From Octopus sinensis (Eukaryota): a DNA stretch of 64,000 nucleotides. The position numbers and the translations under genes were made by a program. This document shows, piece by piece, positions 47,452-59,943 of the stretch; positions within the stretch are counted from its first letter, which is position 1, and each line of letters begins with the position of its first letter. The notes below the pieces were generated by a model. The model did not search any database. It saw only the letters and a list, made by a program, of their open reading frames with translations, and had not been told where the DNA came from. The stretch covers positions 248,001 through 312,000 of the forward strand of contig NC_043017.1 of assembly GCF_006345805.1 (NCBI RefSeq), read 5' to 3'.

Positions 47452-49365
47452 CTAAGCTTTGTTCGACCCGATAAAAGCATAACAAACCCGCAGCTCCGAG
47501 GGCGAGCTCCAGCAGACGCTCCAGGAACTGGAGGTCCCCTTGGGTGGTTTCTCCTCCGGGGGTCTCACCTCCCACGGCCACCACTTCAGCACCAGCCACA
47601 GGTTGGCACCTTCCCTCTGCGGCTTGGGTAACACCTCCGCCAAGGCCGCCAGGCTTCCTACTAGCCGCCCACAATAGGCGCACCGTCCGAGGAAGTTCCT
47701 CAAATCCCTTACACAGGCAGGGTCCGGCCAATCCTTCACAGTGGCCACCTTCCTCAGGGCTCTATATCCCACGTAGCACCTCGCTGTGCCATCCCCATTC
47801 CGCGCAATTATCGCCGACGACCAGGGACCGTTCCGCCCTTTCGCTGTTCTCTGTCGCCGATATCTCCTCTTGCGCTGCTGTACTGGAACCTTCCTCCGGC
47901 CTCGCTGCTTCCTCAAGCGACGACCGCCTTGGTTGATGAAGCACTCCGCCATGTTCGCGCGACCAACATCTGACAACCTTCGCGACCAACGTCCTGCGCT
48001 CCTCACCAACGGTTGCTTTTTCCGCAACTGCATCAGCGGACCACGATCTCCTTTAACTGCATCACTGCACCGGCAGAACTGACCCCGCCGCTGGTTCACC
48101 GTCCGGCGCAGTTCCACGATTCGCCCTCTGCAAATCGCCTGCGCAGCCTTCAATAAATCGGCCGACCCAACCAGCGCTCTGTCAACTTCTGCCTCCATCA
48201 GGGTCCAGCTGACCCTCAATTGAGCTCCTACTCTGCACTGCATGTCGGGCTCCACCGGCCCCACGCAACCATCGAATACAGAGCTCACCCGAGTGCCAAT
48301 CAAGCACCAGCGACTCCTTGCGGACCGCTTCCTCAACTGCATCAGTGGGCCACCAACTCCTTCAACTGCGTTGCCGTATCGGCAGAACTGGCCCCACCAC
48401 TGGTTCGCCATCTGGCACGATTCCTCGATTTGCCTTCCACAAATCTCCTGTGCCACTTCCAAAAGATCGGCCGACCCAGCCAGCGCTCCGCCAGCTTCTG
48501 CTTCCACTAGGGTCCACCCGACCCTCAATCGAGCTTTTACTATGCACTGCCTGACGGGCTCCACCGGCCCCAAGCAGCCATCAACCACAAAGCTCACCCA
48601 ACGCTGAAGCGGTCTTCCTGGTCTCGGTGGACCCACCACCGTTCGCAGCCGTCTCGCCTCGTCAACGGGCCTGGTCCTTTTCCTCACCAGCTTCCGCACC
48701 GCAGGCCTCACAACACGCACGCTCGGTCGCCAGTCCATCCACGCCTGTGGCCTCTCCACAGTGGGAACCATACAGTCCTTCTGGGCCCCAAGAGACAGGG
48801 GCCCAGACACCAAAGGACCCGCACACGGCACAACACCTGCCGCGACCATCACACACAGAGCCGGAACCTCGGATTCAGCGACATCCGCCCCAGACCTCGT
48901 CAGCTCTTCGTCCCGAGCTCCGAGAGACAGGGGTCGAGATGCCAAGGGCCCCAGACACGGAACAACAGCATCAGCCATAACACCTTCAACAGGCTTTTCG
49001 GTTTCCTTAACATCGGGCTCAGCAACATACGCTTCAGTTTCCGCAAGCACTACCGGTCCAGCATCACAGATTTCGGCAACCAACCCAGGTTCCGCAACAC
49101 TTCCTTCACTATCTGTTTCACTCGATGCTTCGTTCGACGGGCAATCTCTGCCCACAAGACCGTCGCTATCCCCGGTCCAACACCGATCCTCCAAAGCTGA
49201 CCCATCCGCAACCTCAAGCTCCTGCTGATCTGCCCACAGGCCCTGTCGCCTCTTGTCCATTCTTTCTAAGAATGCGTCTGTCTGTGCCATCTGGCCCCTC
49301 AACATCTCCACAATCAGGGCAAGCGAAATCTCCCCGTCTCCGGTCTGACAACCAGACAAATCCAT
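47452..49365 (-). CDS. 637-aa open ORF of the LTR element: unknown N-terminus, duplicated ~90-aa module, RT remnants
   Basis: GPWSSAIIARNGDGTARCYVGYRAL and KVATVKDWPDPACVRDLRNFLGRCAYCGRLV resemble gypsy RT start and thumb segments. There is no YxDD, RNase H or integrase. Confidence 0.65.
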   Translation of the reverse strand: MDLSGCQTGDGEISLALIVEMLRGQMAQTDAFLERMDKRRQGLWADQQELEVADGSALEDRCWTGDSDGLVGRDCPSNEASSETDSEGSVAEPGLVAEICDAGPVVLAETEAYVAEPDVKETEKPVEGVMADAVVPCLGPLASRPLSLGARDEELTRSGADVAESEVPALCVMVAAGVVPCAGPLVSGPLSLGAQKDCMVPTVERPQAWMDWRPSVRVVRPAVRKLVRKRTRPVDEARRLRTVVGPPRPGRPLQRWVSFVVDGCLGPVEPVRQCIVKARLRVGWTLVEAEAGGALAGSADLLEVAQEICGRQIEESCQMANQWWGQFCRYGNAVEGVGGPLMQLRKRSARSRWCLIGTRVSSVFDGCVGPVEPDMQCRVGAQLRVSWTLMEAEVDRALVGSADLLKAAQAICRGRIVELRRTVNQRRGQFCRCSDAVKGDRGPLMQLRKKQPLVRSAGRWSRRLSDVGRANMAECFINQGGRRLRKQRGRRKVPVQQRKRRYRRQRTAKGRNGPWSSAIIARNGDGTARCYVGYRALRKVATVKDWPDPACVRDLRNFLGRCAYCGRLVGSLAALAEVLPKPQREGANLWLVLKWWPWEVRPPEEKPPKGTSSSWSVCWSSPSELRVCYAFIGSNKA

Positions 49366-49401
49366 AGCGACAAAAGCCGATCGAAACGCAGCAATCAGGA
49401 C

Positions 49402-49419
49402 ATCCCACTTCTGACACCA
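49402..49419 (-). promoter_or_regulatory. Primer-binding site complementary to the tRNA-Leu 3' end
   Basis: TGGTGTCAGAAGTGGGAT lies 2 nt after the LTR terminus and complements ATCCCACTTCTGACACCA, the tRNA-Leu(CAA) 3' end. Confidence 0.85.
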
Positions 49420-50598
49420 GTTGTTACGAGGGGACCTCCGAAAACTGTACGGAATCCCTCAGACAGGCCCGATTCGATCAGCGAATATTCCCGCCACGGA
49501 AACTCGTCGGAGAGAGGAGAGGAGAGACACAACAACAACAACCGCAGCAAGGCAACAGAGATACAGAGGCACAACCCGAGAGAGACACCAAAAGAGGCAA
49601 GGTAAAACGGCAACACTGGCTTATATTTAACAACAGTTTATATGACAATTAATGGTTACAACATCAAAGCATTTAAGGCAAACAACAAATCAATACATCA
49701 TACGGGTATACCACAGATCAAAGCATTTAACAACATGCATGTAACAATATATCAGTCCGGAGACACAACAAGTCATATACAGTATTTCAAAGGTACACGT
49801 CCGAAGACACAGTTCTTTTTCCAAATCACATCAACAGATAACGTTCACAGTTCTTTATAATCTTTTTCTACACATATCAACACAATTCTGAACATAAATA
49901 CCACAACTCGATAATCGACATATCGACAAGTCCTTGACTGTTCTTTTCACTGTTCAATACACCGTGACTCGTATCAATACACAATCAAATACCTTAATTC
50001 CTAATTAGAATCGCCAGTGTCCCATTCCGCACTCCATCTCTCCGTACCGCTAATTCCTCTGTACATATTCCCTTCTGTGCCGCCAAGTTCTCTCGCATCC
50101 CAACTTGCTCCTAAAATTCCAACTCCTTGCCGACCTCCAAGATCCGTCTGTGTTCTCTGACGACCGACTCCCAACTGCCCAAAACCTCACTTCCTTGTCC
50201 TGACTTCCACTCCCTCATCTCCCTCTGTCTCTACCGCTTATAGCCTTTCTATCTGCTCTCTGATTCCTTACTCTGTCTCTATCGCCTGCTGCCCATCACC
50301 CTCTCATGACAGCTCTACCATACTCTCTGCCTGTTCTTCTCTGCCCCCTCATCCTCTCTCACTGCTAATTCTTCCTCACATCTGTCCCTTAGCCTTATAC
50401 TCTATCTCTCTCACTACTTTCCTTCCTCTTCTTCAAGGGGTGTTTAGAACGACCTCTAATCGACCGCACAAGGCCAGAAAGGTCCATCCAAAAGCCATCA
50501 GTCTCCCATTAAACAAAGGACTGTCACTTTTCTTCCAGACATGCCGGCACCATACCCACAAAGTGGGTCACCAAGAAACACTGCACTAGCCAAACCGT

Positions 50599-50666
<68 letters not shown>

Positions 50667-50761
50667 ACGGGAAGCTTTATGAATAAACAAAAGACGAAGG
50701 CAGGTGGAATACAAACAAACAATTGTATTAGTATGGCGCTCAAGAATATAAATAAAAAAAG

Positions 50762-50799
50762 TCTTTTACGTTTCGAGCCTACGCTCTTCAACAGGAAGA
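50762..50799 (-). ncRNA. Minimal type I hammerhead motif in the PLE pseudo-LTR
   Basis: TCTTC-CTGTTGA-A-GAGC-GTAG-GCTC-GAAACGT-A-AAAGA, with one stem I mismatch. Confidence 0.62.
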
Positions 50800-51544
50800 T
50801 ACACAGAAAAGAAACACAGAAAGAAACAAGGAGAGGAAAAAAATGCGTGCAGAAGTTAGCGAATCAACATGGCGATCTGATTTCGGTCAGAAGTCAAAGA
50901 TCAAACGTGAGACGCAAGAGCGAAATTAGGGGAGATAACAGGGTTAAATGACCTCGCCCCAACATAAGAGTGTGTGTGTGTATGAGAGAGTATGTAGTGC
51001 GTATGAGAGGTCTGGACGTGTGTATGTATATATGATGTGATGTGTAAAGTCGTATGGTGTAGTGTAGAGAGAGGAGATGAGGGGGAGAGGGGAGAAGTAG
51101 GAAGGAGATAAGGGGGAGGAGGGGGTAAGGGGGAGAGAGAGGAGAGGAGAGATGAGGGGGGAGGGGGAGAGTGTGAGAGAGGAAGAGGGGAAAGGAAAGA
51201 GGAGGGGAAAAGGAAAGAGGAGAAAAGGAGGGAGAAGGGGAGAGGGGGAAGAAGGAAAGAAGGAGGGGTGGTGAGGGTGAGATGAGATGAGATGATGGGG
51301 AGGGGAGGGGGAGAAGGAAGGAGAGGAGAAGAGGAGGGGAGAGGAGGAGTGAGAATAGAGGGAGAGGGGAAGAGGGAGAGAGAAGGAGTGAGGAGCAAGA
51401 GAAAAAGGGAGGGAAGAGGAAGAAGAAAGAGGGAAGAAGGGAAGAGGAGGGAAAGGGAGTAGGGGTGAAAGGATGAAGGACTGAAGAGAAGTAGGGGTCG
51501 GGGGGGAGATGAGGAGGGGGAGAGGGGGGTTAGATGAGGGGGGG

Positions 51545-53865
51545 GAGTTGAGACCAAATGGCGTAAAAGAGCGAAGAGAGAAGATTAATTCCTGTTCACG
51601 GCGCAAACGGGAATCCTGATGGCCTCTGTGCAAGGACAAACCGAACACAGACAGGTGTTGCAAGGAGTGACCGGTGGAGCGGAAATGGCGTGAGACCGGT
51701 GTGTCGTTGGCAAGGCGGATGTCACGGAGGTGTTCCGCGAACCGGTCAGCCAAGCGGCGTCCCGTTTGTCCGATGTACAGGGAATGGCAGAGAGAGAGCA
51801 AGAGACGCAATAGATGATATTGCTGGAGGTGCAGGTGAAGGAGTTGATGATGCGATAGGGTCGATGATGGGTGCCAGTGAGGAGGGTGGTGTTGGAGAGG
51901 TAAGGGCAAGTGCGGTAACGTGGGCGGGAGCAGGGGAACGAGCCAGGTTGGGAGGTAAGGTCAGGGAAGGAGCTATGGACCAAAAGGTCTCGCAGATTAT
52001 GGGCTCGTTTGAAGGAGGGGAGGGGTCGGTTAGGGAAGAGGTGTGAAGTGGATGGGTCGGACTAGAGATGCCGGAAAGCTCGAAGAATGGTGCGTTGGAG
52101 AGGTAGGGTCGTGGGGTGGTAAGTGAGGGGAAAAGGGAGGCGGGAGACTACAGGGCGGGTTCGGGGAGAGAGAGCAGATGCACGGTCTACGGAACGTGCT
52201 CTGGCAAGGGCGGTGTGGATAGTGGTGAGGGGGTATCCACGTAGGATGAAGTGGTGAGCCATACGTTGAGACTGAGTCTCAAAGTCATGGTCGTCACTAC
52301 AGAGCCTACGTAGACGGAGGAATTGGGAATAGGGGATGGAAAGCTTGGTGTGTTTTGGGTGGGAGGAAGAGAAGTTGAGGTATGAGTGTGAGTATGTGTG
52401 TTTGTAGTGAATGGAGGTGGTAAGAGTGGAGTGATGAATGCTGACCGAAATGTCGAGGAAGGAGACAGAGGTGTTGGAGATAGTGGAGGGCTGGATGGAA
52501 GGATTGAACGAAAGAGAGGAAGGAATCTAGATGTTCAAGGGAGAGTGAGGTGGCACCGATAATGTCGTCAATGTAACGACCGTATAGTTCAGGAGTGGGA
52601 CCAGTGAAATTAGAGAATATTTGGGCCTCAACATAGCCAACGAACAGGTTCGCATAGTTGGGGCCCATTCACGTTCCCATGGCCACTCCCGAGACCTGAT
52701 GGTAGAACTCGCCCGTGAACGAGAAGCAGTTGAGAGTAAGGACAAGTTCGGCCAGACGAATGAGTGTGGGGGTGTCAGGTTCAGGGTTGGGGCGGAGGTC
52801 GAGAAAGTGTTGAAGTGCCCGCAGTCCTTCGTGGTGAGGGATAACGGTATAGAGGCTCTGGATGTCCATAGTAAAAAGGATTTTGGAGGAGCCGGGAGGA
52901 AAGGAGAAAGAGCTGAAAAGCCGGAGAGCATGGTTGGTATCGTGGATGTGGGAGGGAAGAGATGCCGCTAGGGGGGCAAGGACACGGTTGAGGTATTTAG
53001 AGATGAGCTCCGTGGGGCAGTTACAGGCGGAGACGATGGGGCGGCCAGGGTTGTTGGGTTTGTGGATTTTGGGGAGGAAGTAAAAGGTGGGGGTGCGTGG
53101 GGTTCGCACAATTAGGTTGGATGCGGTGTGGGGGAGACGGGAGGACGAGATGAGGTCGTGGACAGTAGAGGATACCGTCTGTTGATAGCTACGTGTGGAG
53201 TTAGAGGACAGAGGGGAGTAGAAGGAGGTGTCATTGAGTTGGCGGAGAGCCTCGGCCCTGTAGAGGTCCGCGCGCCACACCACCACAGCTCCACCCTTGT
53301 CAGCCGGTTTGATGATAATGTCAGCGCGCCGTTGGAGGGAACGAAGAGCCGAGAGTTCGGTCGGGGAGATGTTAAGGCGGCGTTGGCGCCTGGAGAAGTT
53401 GAACCGCTCCAACGCACGCTGACAGGCGCCCGCGAAAAGATCCACTGCTAGGAACTGGCCGGGGGCAGGCGTCCACGGGGATGGTCGGCGGCCCAGGTCA
53501 GTGAAGCAGTCCTCATCGTTGGATGCGGGTGGTGAGTCGCGGAAATGCGCACCCAACCGGACGCGGCGCACAAAGCTGTGGACATCAGCTCGCGTCTGGA
53601 ATTCCTTACAGGATGGAGTGAGGGGGATGAAACGCAGACCCCTACTAAGGACGGAGCGTTCCGCCGCAGAGAGGGGAAGATCGGGGGGAATGGTAACAAC
53701 AGACGGAAGTGGAGAAGGGGTGGGTGGAATAGAAGTATGAGGGGTGGATGGAATGGAAGTAGGAGGGGTGGTAGGGCTGGTGGAGGTCTGAGGGGGAGGG
53801 ATTTGGGAGGTGTGTAGGGGTTTGTTGGGAGGGGCAGTGGGGTTAGGTGTGGGTGGATGGAGCCT
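51545..53865 (-). pseudogene. PLE RT plus GIY-YIG ORF with one in-frame stop and frameshifts
   Basis: LSRGLRFIP, IIIKPADKGGAVVVW, YFLPKIHKPNNPGRPIVS, TMDIQSLYT, GVAMGT*MGPNYANL, RYIDD, NIIYCVSCSLCHSLYIGQTGRRLADRFAEH and PFGLN. Confidence 0.93.
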
Positions 53866-54191
53866 ACATATATATTGCATGCTGGGACAGTACCTTGAAG
53901 GGGTTCAATCGAACAAATTGACATAAGTACTTATCTGGACGTAAACAAACTAATACCTATTGTGAGGCGATGGTGATGGAGAACACACACACAAACATGC
54001 ATACCCCCCACCAAACATTTTATTCTATAACGGCGACCCTGAAGACCGCAGGGTTGCACAATCAGATCATAACTTAACACTCCGTGGAATCTCTAGTGTG
54101 AAACCGATTTGGTAAGATCGGCCAGAATGAATATATAATACAGTACACTTCGATTTATATATATATATATACATATACATACATATATATA

Positions 54192-54249
<58 letters not shown>

Positions 54250-54256
54250 ATGTATG

Positions 54257-54299
<43 letters not shown>

Positions 54300-54842
54300 T
54301 ATGTGTGTGTATGTGTATGTATGTATGTATATATACAGACACACACATGCACGCTTATTTTTAAAGTGGTATTTTTGTTAGTTTATTTTGCAAAAAGGCG
54401 AAGCTAACGAGATGTAAACAGACCAACACCTATGGTCAAGCGATGGCGGTGGGACAAACAAACCCAAAGACAGACAGGCACACATATACACAAGTACAAA
54501 CATAAAGGCGCATGTGTTTATGTGTATGTATGTATGTATATATACTTCATTTTCGGCATATAATTTGTTACACACACACGTAGCCGTACCTGTACCCGTA
54601 CCCCAGCTATTAGCTGTCAGTTATATTTATAATGTTTAAACACATGTGTTAGTCTAAATATGGCGTTTGCACACCGCATCTCTCTTCACCCTCCTTAGAG
54701 GACACTAGTGCATGTGGGTGCAGGGGGGGATTTGGAGATGGGGGTTGTGTATTTATACATACATACGTACGTACATACATACATACACACACACACGCAC
54801 ACATACTATGTATATTGTATATTATATAAGTATATCGATATA

Positions 54843-55054
54843 CAAGGGGGCGTTGAAAAGTTCCTGACTTTAAGGGCTTCGCAAAAGTCCTGGTTTCGAA
54901 GTCCAAACTTCCAAGTTCTTTTACAGGACTTGGAAAAAACTAATGGACCACTGCAATAAGTGTGTGAATCTGAGAGGTTGAATCTTGAATAAACTGATCC
55001 TCCTCCCGTATTTTCCTTTACCCAAAACCCTAGCAACTTTTCTGTACCCTGTCG
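54843..55054 (+). mobile_element. Tc1/mariner-derived MITE, degenerate
   Basis: TA|CAAGGGGGCGTTGAAAAGTTCCTG with a degenerate right inverted repeat; the interior encodes LMDHCNKCVNLRG, like a mariner transposase C-terminus. Confidence 0.65.
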
Positions 55055-55425
55055 TTTGCACTAGAGAAGTTACAGTGATTGCTGCCCCCGGACCCCACAA
55101 AAATCATATATTGTCTACCATAGCAAACCCAAAAGAGGTGCCCCTTTAAAAGTGCAGTCCAGGACCGTCCCTACCGCCCCCCCCCCCCAGCTACGCTAGT
55201 AATCGTATGTATATAGTATATATATATAGCACGGATTTTTGTCAGTGAACAGGTCGCGGATTTTAGCGACGAAAATATTTTGACAAATTAAACTTAAATG
55301 TTGAAGTGAATCGAACGGCTTCTGTGTGTTTCTTAAATGGCTTATAAACACCTTCCACGCTGCAATTGTTTTCGTTTCAGCACACGATCTCAGATCAAAT
55401 TACTTGCTATGCGAGTACATCTCCG

Positions 55426-55467
<42 letters not shown>

Positions 55468-56720
55468 GTTTTGACTTTAAGAGTCCCTCTTAGCGTGAGG
55501 CATTTATGTATTGTAATGCCTTTAATATATATATATATATTATATATATATATATTAATAGAAATGGTAAGACAACAAAAAGAAACCTCGATATTATGTA
55601 AATAGAGGAATTTATCTGTAATTATATATATATATATATTATATATATATATAATATATATATATAATATATATATATATTCACATATGTATATGTATGT
55701 AACACTTATCCAGTGCGCTAACCGAGATATTACATAATATTACATAATATATTTATATATCACGCACGCACACGCTCATCAACACCAGCAATAATTCGGT
55801 TAGCGCTCTAGAAACGTTTCTAAAACAAGCCCCCGAAGATACATTCCACCGCTATACGGGGGTCATTCTAACATAACATCACAATATAAATAGCGATAGG
55901 AGTTTGTCTATTTTTAGCAGTGATACAAACCGCACAAAGGAAGATGATAAGGCATCGGTTGAATAACTGAGTAACACAGACTAGATGCTGCACCCGTCAG
56001 GCATTTGAGAAGTTCGGATAGAACTACTCTACGCCATGGGTTGGTTATATACTGTGTTCTAAAATTATAATAGATATATCTACACGAACTAGTTGGAAGA
56101 AAGAGGCATCAAACACCAGGAAGTGGAACGGAGAATTGTGACAGGACATGATCCTGTATTCTGGACATGGCACTTAAAAAGAAAATAAAAAGAAACATAC
56201 TAATACAAGTGTGCTCACCTCCACAGATTTTGTTTCCTTTTGACTTTCAGAAAAATAGACATATTTTAATGAATTTTTTTCCCCCGTGTGGTAAGCAGTT
56301 CGTTTCCCAGCTACATGGTCACGAGTTCAGTTCTACAGCGTTGTAACTTGGGCAAGTGTCTTCTATATAGCTCAGGGCCGACCAAAACTTCTTGAATGGA
56401 TTTGGTAGATCGTATATATAAAAAAAGTGGAGACGTGTGGCTTAGTTACGGATGTTAACTTATAATCGTAAGATTACGGTTTCAATTCCTCCACCACGCT
56501 GTTGCAGCCGCCGGAAAATATACGTAGCATATCCATTACGTATATATATATATATATATATATATATCATAGAGAGAGAGAGAGAGAGTGAGAGAGAGAG
56601 AAAGAGAAAGAGAGAGTGAAAGAGAGAGAATAGGCGTTTCTTCAAAGATTTCAAAGATTTGAAGGTAACAACGTGTGTGTGCGTGCGCATGTGTATGTGT
56701 ACGTGTACTTATATATATAT

Positions 56721-56787
<67 letters not shown>

Positions 56788-57884
56788 CAAGCACACACAC
56801 ACCGTTATGTACGAAAAAAACCCAATAACATTACGAAGAAGATCCCATTCAGTAATATCACAGTTTCTTGAAGCATCGCTGAAATGGCCATTTTTTATTG
56901 GCACTAATAGCAAAATTAAACCCACAAAAGGGATTTGTAAACAACCGCATATTTAGTTCAAACTGTATTAACAGGGCAACGAGTTTACAATATAGTGTGG
57001 TTGTCAAATAGTACGGGGGTGGGAGGTCTAGGGCATTTTGTGGGTTTGTGTGAAGGTTTTTTTTTTTACACAGGTGGGCGATGGAGCATTTTTTGGCCGA
57101 TAGGTGGTCGATATTGCAATTTGGCGCGAAAAGTTTTGGAAACATTGGTTGAATGTAAAGAGTTGTATTGACAGGGCGCTGGACACAGTTTGTTTTGTTA
57201 TTTTGTCTTGACTCTTTAGGTTCAAATAACACCGAGGTTAAATTTCATTTCATTCTTTTGGGGTCGATGAAATAAGCACGATTGTTTCTTAGTTTACTGA
57301 TCCTGAAAGAATAAAAGGTCCTAAGCACTTTAAAGATTTTGGTGCCCCACCCCACCCCACCCCATATATATGTAATTCAAAATATAAACAATAATAAACC
57401 ATAGACTAAAGTTTTATCCTTCAAAATGAAATAAAACTAACCGTAAGATAGAAAATAATGTTTATTTTTGTATACTGCCATTTCATTTATATCTGAAAGG
57501 TTTTCTCCTAATTGCAGCACCTTTGATCATATCCTCAAAATTAATCTTACATAACACCTCTGCTTCTATATTTAGTAAAGACAACGGATCCCGAATAATA
57601 TTTTAGCAAGTTTAAAGCGATTTCTTTTGTGCCGTAAACCATTTACCATTTCTGTGGCGCCCCTCCCCCACTTCACTTGATGACCTTAGCACGTGCTTAT
57701 TTTACTTAATTGTTTACTCCAGTGCTGTACAGGTGATAGCCTTAACCCATAAGTTGCATCTATTTCCTATAAGTTGCACGTGTAGTGTGACGACAGGTGT
57801 TGCCGAATAATGAAACATACATTAACAACTGGGCAAAAGGTGTTCCGAGTTATGCATTTCTTTCTTATACATACATACAGGAAT

Positions 57885-58125
57885 GACTGTGTGGTAAGTA
57901 GCTTGCTTACCAACCGCACGGTTCAGGGTTAAGTGACACTGCGTGGCACCTTGGGCAAGTGTCTTCTACTATAGCCTCGGGCCAACCAAAACCATGTGAG
58001 CGGATTTGGTAGACATTTATATATAAATGTATGTATGTATGTATTATATAATATATATATCTATATGTAGATATATATATATATATATACACATTATATA
58101 TATATATTTGTATGTATGTATGTAT

Positions 58126-58159
<34 letters not shown>

Positions 58160-58162
58160 CTG

Positions 58163-58206
<44 letters not shown>

Positions 58207-58258
58207 TATATATATATATGCACATTTATATATATATATATATATATACATTTATATA

Positions 58259-58291
<33 letters not shown>

Positions 58292-58610
58292 AATATTATT
58301 GGTGAATTGAAGAAATGGAGCTGAACGCAGATTGAACAGAAATCGTTTTATTTCATTTTATATTCATTTTATTTCATTAGAATGAAATAAAACGATTTCT
58401 GTTCAATCTGCGTTCAGCTCCATTTCTTCAATTCACCAATAATGTTTTAATTTCAATTATCCGCACCAACGCACGGTTGCAACGCCAGATGGTTGTACCT
58501 CCAACCGTGCTGTTCACTGCTGTGATTTTTGCTACTAAGGTATCGGTTAAACTTTTGATTAATCTACTACAAGATTATTCATCTTTCTATTTCACATAAT
58601 ATATATATAA

Positions 58611-58648
<38 letters not shown>

Positions 58649-58855
58649 AAACGTTTGTGTGTCTGTGTTTGTTCCCCCAACATCACTTGTCAAGCGATGC
58701 TGGTGTGTTTACGTCCCCATAACTTAGCGGTTCGGCAAAAGACACCGATAGAATAAGTACTAGGCTTACAAATAATAAGTCCTAGGGTTGATTTGCTCGA
58801 CTAAAGGCGGTGCTCCTGTATGACCACAGTCAAATTATTGAAACAAGTAAAAGAG
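57885..58855 (+). mobile_element. SINE family A split by a microsatellite and a nested foldback element
   Basis: 5' part at 57885-58015 and 3' part at 58645-58855. Confidence 0.75.
58295..58443. repeat. Perfect 63-bp inverted repeat with a 23-nt loop
   Basis: 58295-58357 pairs base for base with 58381-58443. Confidence 0.95.
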
Positions 58856-58920
58856 TATACATACATACATACATACATACATACATACATACATACATAC
58901 GTACATACATACATACATAC

Positions 58921-58951
<31 letters not shown>

Positions 58952-59150
58952 CATACATACATACATACGTACATACATACATACATACGTACATACATAC
59001 ATACATACATACATACATACATACATACATACATACATACATACATACATACATACACACACACACATACACTCACACACATACATACATACATACATAC
59101 ACACATACATACATGCATACATACATACACACATACACACACATACATAC
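58855..59150. repeat. (TACA)n microsatellite
   Basis: Read directly from the sequence. Confidence 0.97.
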
Positions 59151-59249
59151 ATACCAAAATACTCTGTTGTTGATGTTGAAATTCCAATGAAGGTTAGAAA
59201 CCGTCTCATTCTCTATTGGCGAGAAATCTTGAAAGAATAGTGAACAACG

Positions 59250-59289
<40 letters not shown>

Positions 59290-59335
59290 CAGCAACAACA
59301 ACACAACCACAGCAACTAGTACTATAAACACACAC

Positions 59336-59379
<44 letters not shown>

Positions 59380-59705
59380 CCACACAGGTATTTATGATGC
59401 CTTCCCGCTTGTGACCGAGTGCAATCATCAGTGGCCGTTGCCCATGAAAAGTGTCAGCAGTGCCCGGGTTGGTGTACGGCATGCTGAAAGACACCAGGGA
59501 GTGAAGCAACTCACAGATTTTGTTAGAGTATGTCTCTAGGAGAAGATCACTCTAATATAAAACGAGATACGCCGAAAATGGTATTGGACACCTCAGGGAT
59601 CTTTTGCTTGCGTTTGAGGTCATGGCGTTCCCGTATTTCTGAGCCCGCGACCAATATTGTCAAGACATGTCTTGCCCAGGCTTGTCGCTGGGTCATATAT
59701 ATATA

Positions 59706-59757
<52 letters not shown>

Positions 59758-59943
59758 ATAATATATATATATATATACATACATACATACATGTATGTAT
59801 GCACATATACATGCGTAAACACACACACGCTTGTTGTGAGATTCTGATGTGAAACCGTGTGTGTTGGAATATTGGATATTGTTATATTTCGGAACGGTTA
59901 CATTTTTTTCTTTGCCAAATAACTACACACCCTCTATAAACGC

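Larger units (their letters stand above)
47339..50602 (-). mobile_element. Non-autonomous gypsy-derived LTR retrotransposon
   Basis: 5' LTR 50602-49422 with TGTTAC...GTAACA ends, primer-binding site, single ORF, polypurine tract AGGTAGGGGG (~47444-47453), and a truncated 3' LTR 47440-47339 identical to 50602-50501. Confidence 0.92.
50663..53865 (-). mobile_element. Penelope-like element (Neptune type), 5'-truncated, with 3' pseudo-LTR
   Basis: RT and GIY-YIG coding region, then a CT-rich 3' tract, then a pseudo-LTR (50663-50877) with a hammerhead motif. Confidence 0.93.

Noticed and set aside
52669-52671. In-frame TGA in the PLE RT as possible selenocysteine or readthrough
   Set aside because: It falls in GT(K/R)MGP where a basic residue is expected; CGA-to-TGA CpG decay explains it, and the copy has frameshifts as well.
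54030-54130. CTGAAGA...GAAACCGAT as a hammerhead
   Set aside because: No closing stem II pair, no NUH triplet (GCC) and no stem I complement.
59380-59700. GC-balanced island as a possible exon or TE fragment
   Set aside because: The frames I translated are short, with no recognisable motif or splice support.
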